NCBI RefSeq assembly: GCF_000008565.1
Contig: NC_001263.1
Location: forward strand, 1,453,295 to 1,467,188
DNA length: 13,894 nt
Source: Deinococcus radiodurans R1 = ATCC 13939 = DSM 20539
GTDB lineage: Bacteria; Deinococcota; Deinococci; Deinococcales; Deinococcaceae
Reading direction: 5' to 3'
A model generated the notes under the pieces. That model was not told where the DNA came from and did not search any database. It was given only the letters and a program-made list of their open reading frames with translations. Below, in pieces: positions 6,818-13,894 of the stretch. The position numbers were made by a program, and so were the translations under genes. The first letter of the stretch is position 1. Each line of letters starts with the position of its first letter.

Positions 6818-7918
6818 CCGCCGCCGAGTCGCTGGCGGCCCTGGCGCTGGACCTCGGCGCCGACGTGGTGGGCTGGGCGCCCGCGCAGATTCCGGCGGCG
6901 GCGGTGGAAGAATACGCCGGCTGGCTGGAGGCGGGGCGGCACGCCGGCATGAGCTATCTGGAACGGCAGTTGCCCGCCCGCGCCGACCCCGGCTCGCGGC
7001 TGGAAGGCGCCGCCAGTGTCCTGATGCTGGGCGTATCGCACGCGATGATCCCTCCGGAGCGTCCGGCTGGCGGCGTGCGGGTGGGCCGAGTTGCCCGCTA
7101 CGCCTGGACGCCCGACTACCATGAACAGCTTCAGCCTGTGCTGACCCGGCTCGAACAGGAAGCGGCCTCACAGGGCGTACGGGCGCGCGGCTATGTGGAC
7201 CACGGCCCGGTCATGGAGCGGCTGCTGGCGGCCCGCGCCTTTCCTGGCTGGCGCGGCAAATCGGGGATGCTGCTGAGCACCGAACTGGGGGCGTTCACCA
7301 CGCTGGCCGCCGTGCTGACCGACTTGCCGTACCAGGGCGAACGGCGCGAGTCACCCGGACCGCTGTGGCCGCTGCACCCGCTGCGTCGCGGCTTGCCCCA
7401 CCGCCGCCATCGGACCGGACCGGGCGATTGACGCGCGGCGCTGCATTTCATATCTGACCATCGAGCACCGGGGGCCGCTGCCCCCCGAGCTGCGACCCGG
7501 CGTGGGCGACTGGCTCTTCGGCTGCGACGTGTGCAGCGCGGTCTGTCCCTGGTCAGTCAAGACGGGGCCGCTCGCCCGGCTGTTTCAGCCTCTGCCTGAG
7601 CTGTCGTACCCGGACCTCACCCGCTTTTTCGGCGTCAGCGAGCGGCACTTCGAGCGCGAGTGGGCCGGCACCGCCTTTCTGCGCCCCCGCCGCAAGGGCA
7701 TGGCCCGCAACGCGCTGACGGTGCTGGGGAACACCCGCGCCCCAGAAGGCTGGCCGCTGCTGCTTGCGGGCACTGAGGACCCCGCCTGGGAGGTGCGCGA
7801 GGCGGCGGCGTGGGCGCTCGCACAATGGGGCGAACGGGCCGAACTCGACAAACTGGAACACGATCCGGACGAGCGGGTGCAGGCGGCGGCGCGGGCATTG
7901 GCCGAAGCGGGAGCATAA
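6814..7918 (+). pseudogene. queG: Epoxyqueuosine reductase QueG, with its reading frame broken by a +1 shift near 7340-7352 (genuine pseudogene or sequence error)
   Basis: The N-terminal part is in frame 1, starting at GTG 6814, which overlaps the ybaN stop as GTGA (...GMSYLERQ...RYAWTPDYH...GWRGKSGMLLSTELGAFTTLAAVLTDLPYQGE). The two 4Fe-4S motifs and the HEAT-like C-terminus are in frame 2 (HPDRCGRCTRCVAACPTAAI...DARRCISYLTIEHRGPLP...WLFGCDVCSAVCPW...EVREAAAWALAQWG). Frame 2 is open only from 7319, and frame 1 stops at 7431. Confidence 0.85.
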
Positions 7919-7944
7919 AAAACCGCCCGGAACAGTCCGGGCGG
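7917..7944 (-). terminator. Intrinsic terminator for the subtilase gene, possibly bidirectional between convergent genes
   Basis: The stem ccgcccgga (7923-7931) pairs with tccgggcgg (7936-7944) around the loop acag. On the minus strand the hairpin is followed by TTTTTT (plus-strand A6 at 7917-7922, overlapping the queG stop). There is no U-tract on the plus-strand side. Confidence 0.6.
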
Positions 7945-7960
7945 CTCGGTAAAACAGGAA

Positions 7961-9844
<1,884 letters not shown>

Positions 9845-9953
9845 GGCCCTACGCTACCCGCCCCGGCATGACTTCCCCTGAAGGGTGAATGAGGACACCT
9901 TGAGGGCGGGTCAGGCGAGCGTCAGTCCGGAGTCTGAGCCGGGGAAGTTGGCC

Positions 9954-13894
<3,941 letters not shown>

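Noticed and set aside
5102-7171. 689-aa minus-strand ORF spanning prs, ybaN and part of queG
   Set aside because: It is antisense to three genes with strong family matches. The translation is Arg/Ala/Gly/Pro/His-rich low-complexity sequence, typical of stop-free antisense frames in high-GC DNA.

Overview
This is a high-GC (roughly two-thirds G+C by eye) bacterial chromosomal window. The gene content and style resemble Deinococcus: start codons 6-7 nt after a -10-like box, an IS630-type element, a giant TamB-like gene, and Pro/Thr linkers. I cannot verify that assignment from the sequence alone. Gene order, left to right: (-) an lrgB'-lrgA-mtnN operon; (+) a PatB/MalY-type C-S lyase, divergent from mtnN; a 1044-bp IS630-family element whose transposase is split at an A8 tract and which sits in a CTAG inside a ~100-bp inverted-repeat (MITE/SNR-like) element; (-) an orphan pair made of an excisionase-type HTH protein and a 238-aa Ala/Leu-rich helical protein; a ~600-bp non-coding gap; (+) prs, a DUF454/YbaN membrane protein and a frameshifted queG; (-) a secreted S8 subtilase with a tandemly duplicated 4-Cys C-terminal module; (-) a TamB-like gene with more than 1300 codons in the window, frameshifted and running off the right edge. 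I saw no rRNA, tRNA or CRISPR array. The very long ORFs antisense to real genes are high-GC artefacts. I cannot defend any complete novel multi-gene system here. The most interesting unexplained pieces are the HTH/helical-protein pair with its repeat-rich upstream region, the inverted-repeat element that donates the last codons of that gene, the structured non-coding region upstream of prs, and the recurring TATGCT-N6/7-start architecture. Three reading-frame breaks in 14 kb (transposase, queG, tamB) raise the possibility of sequence errors rather than biology.
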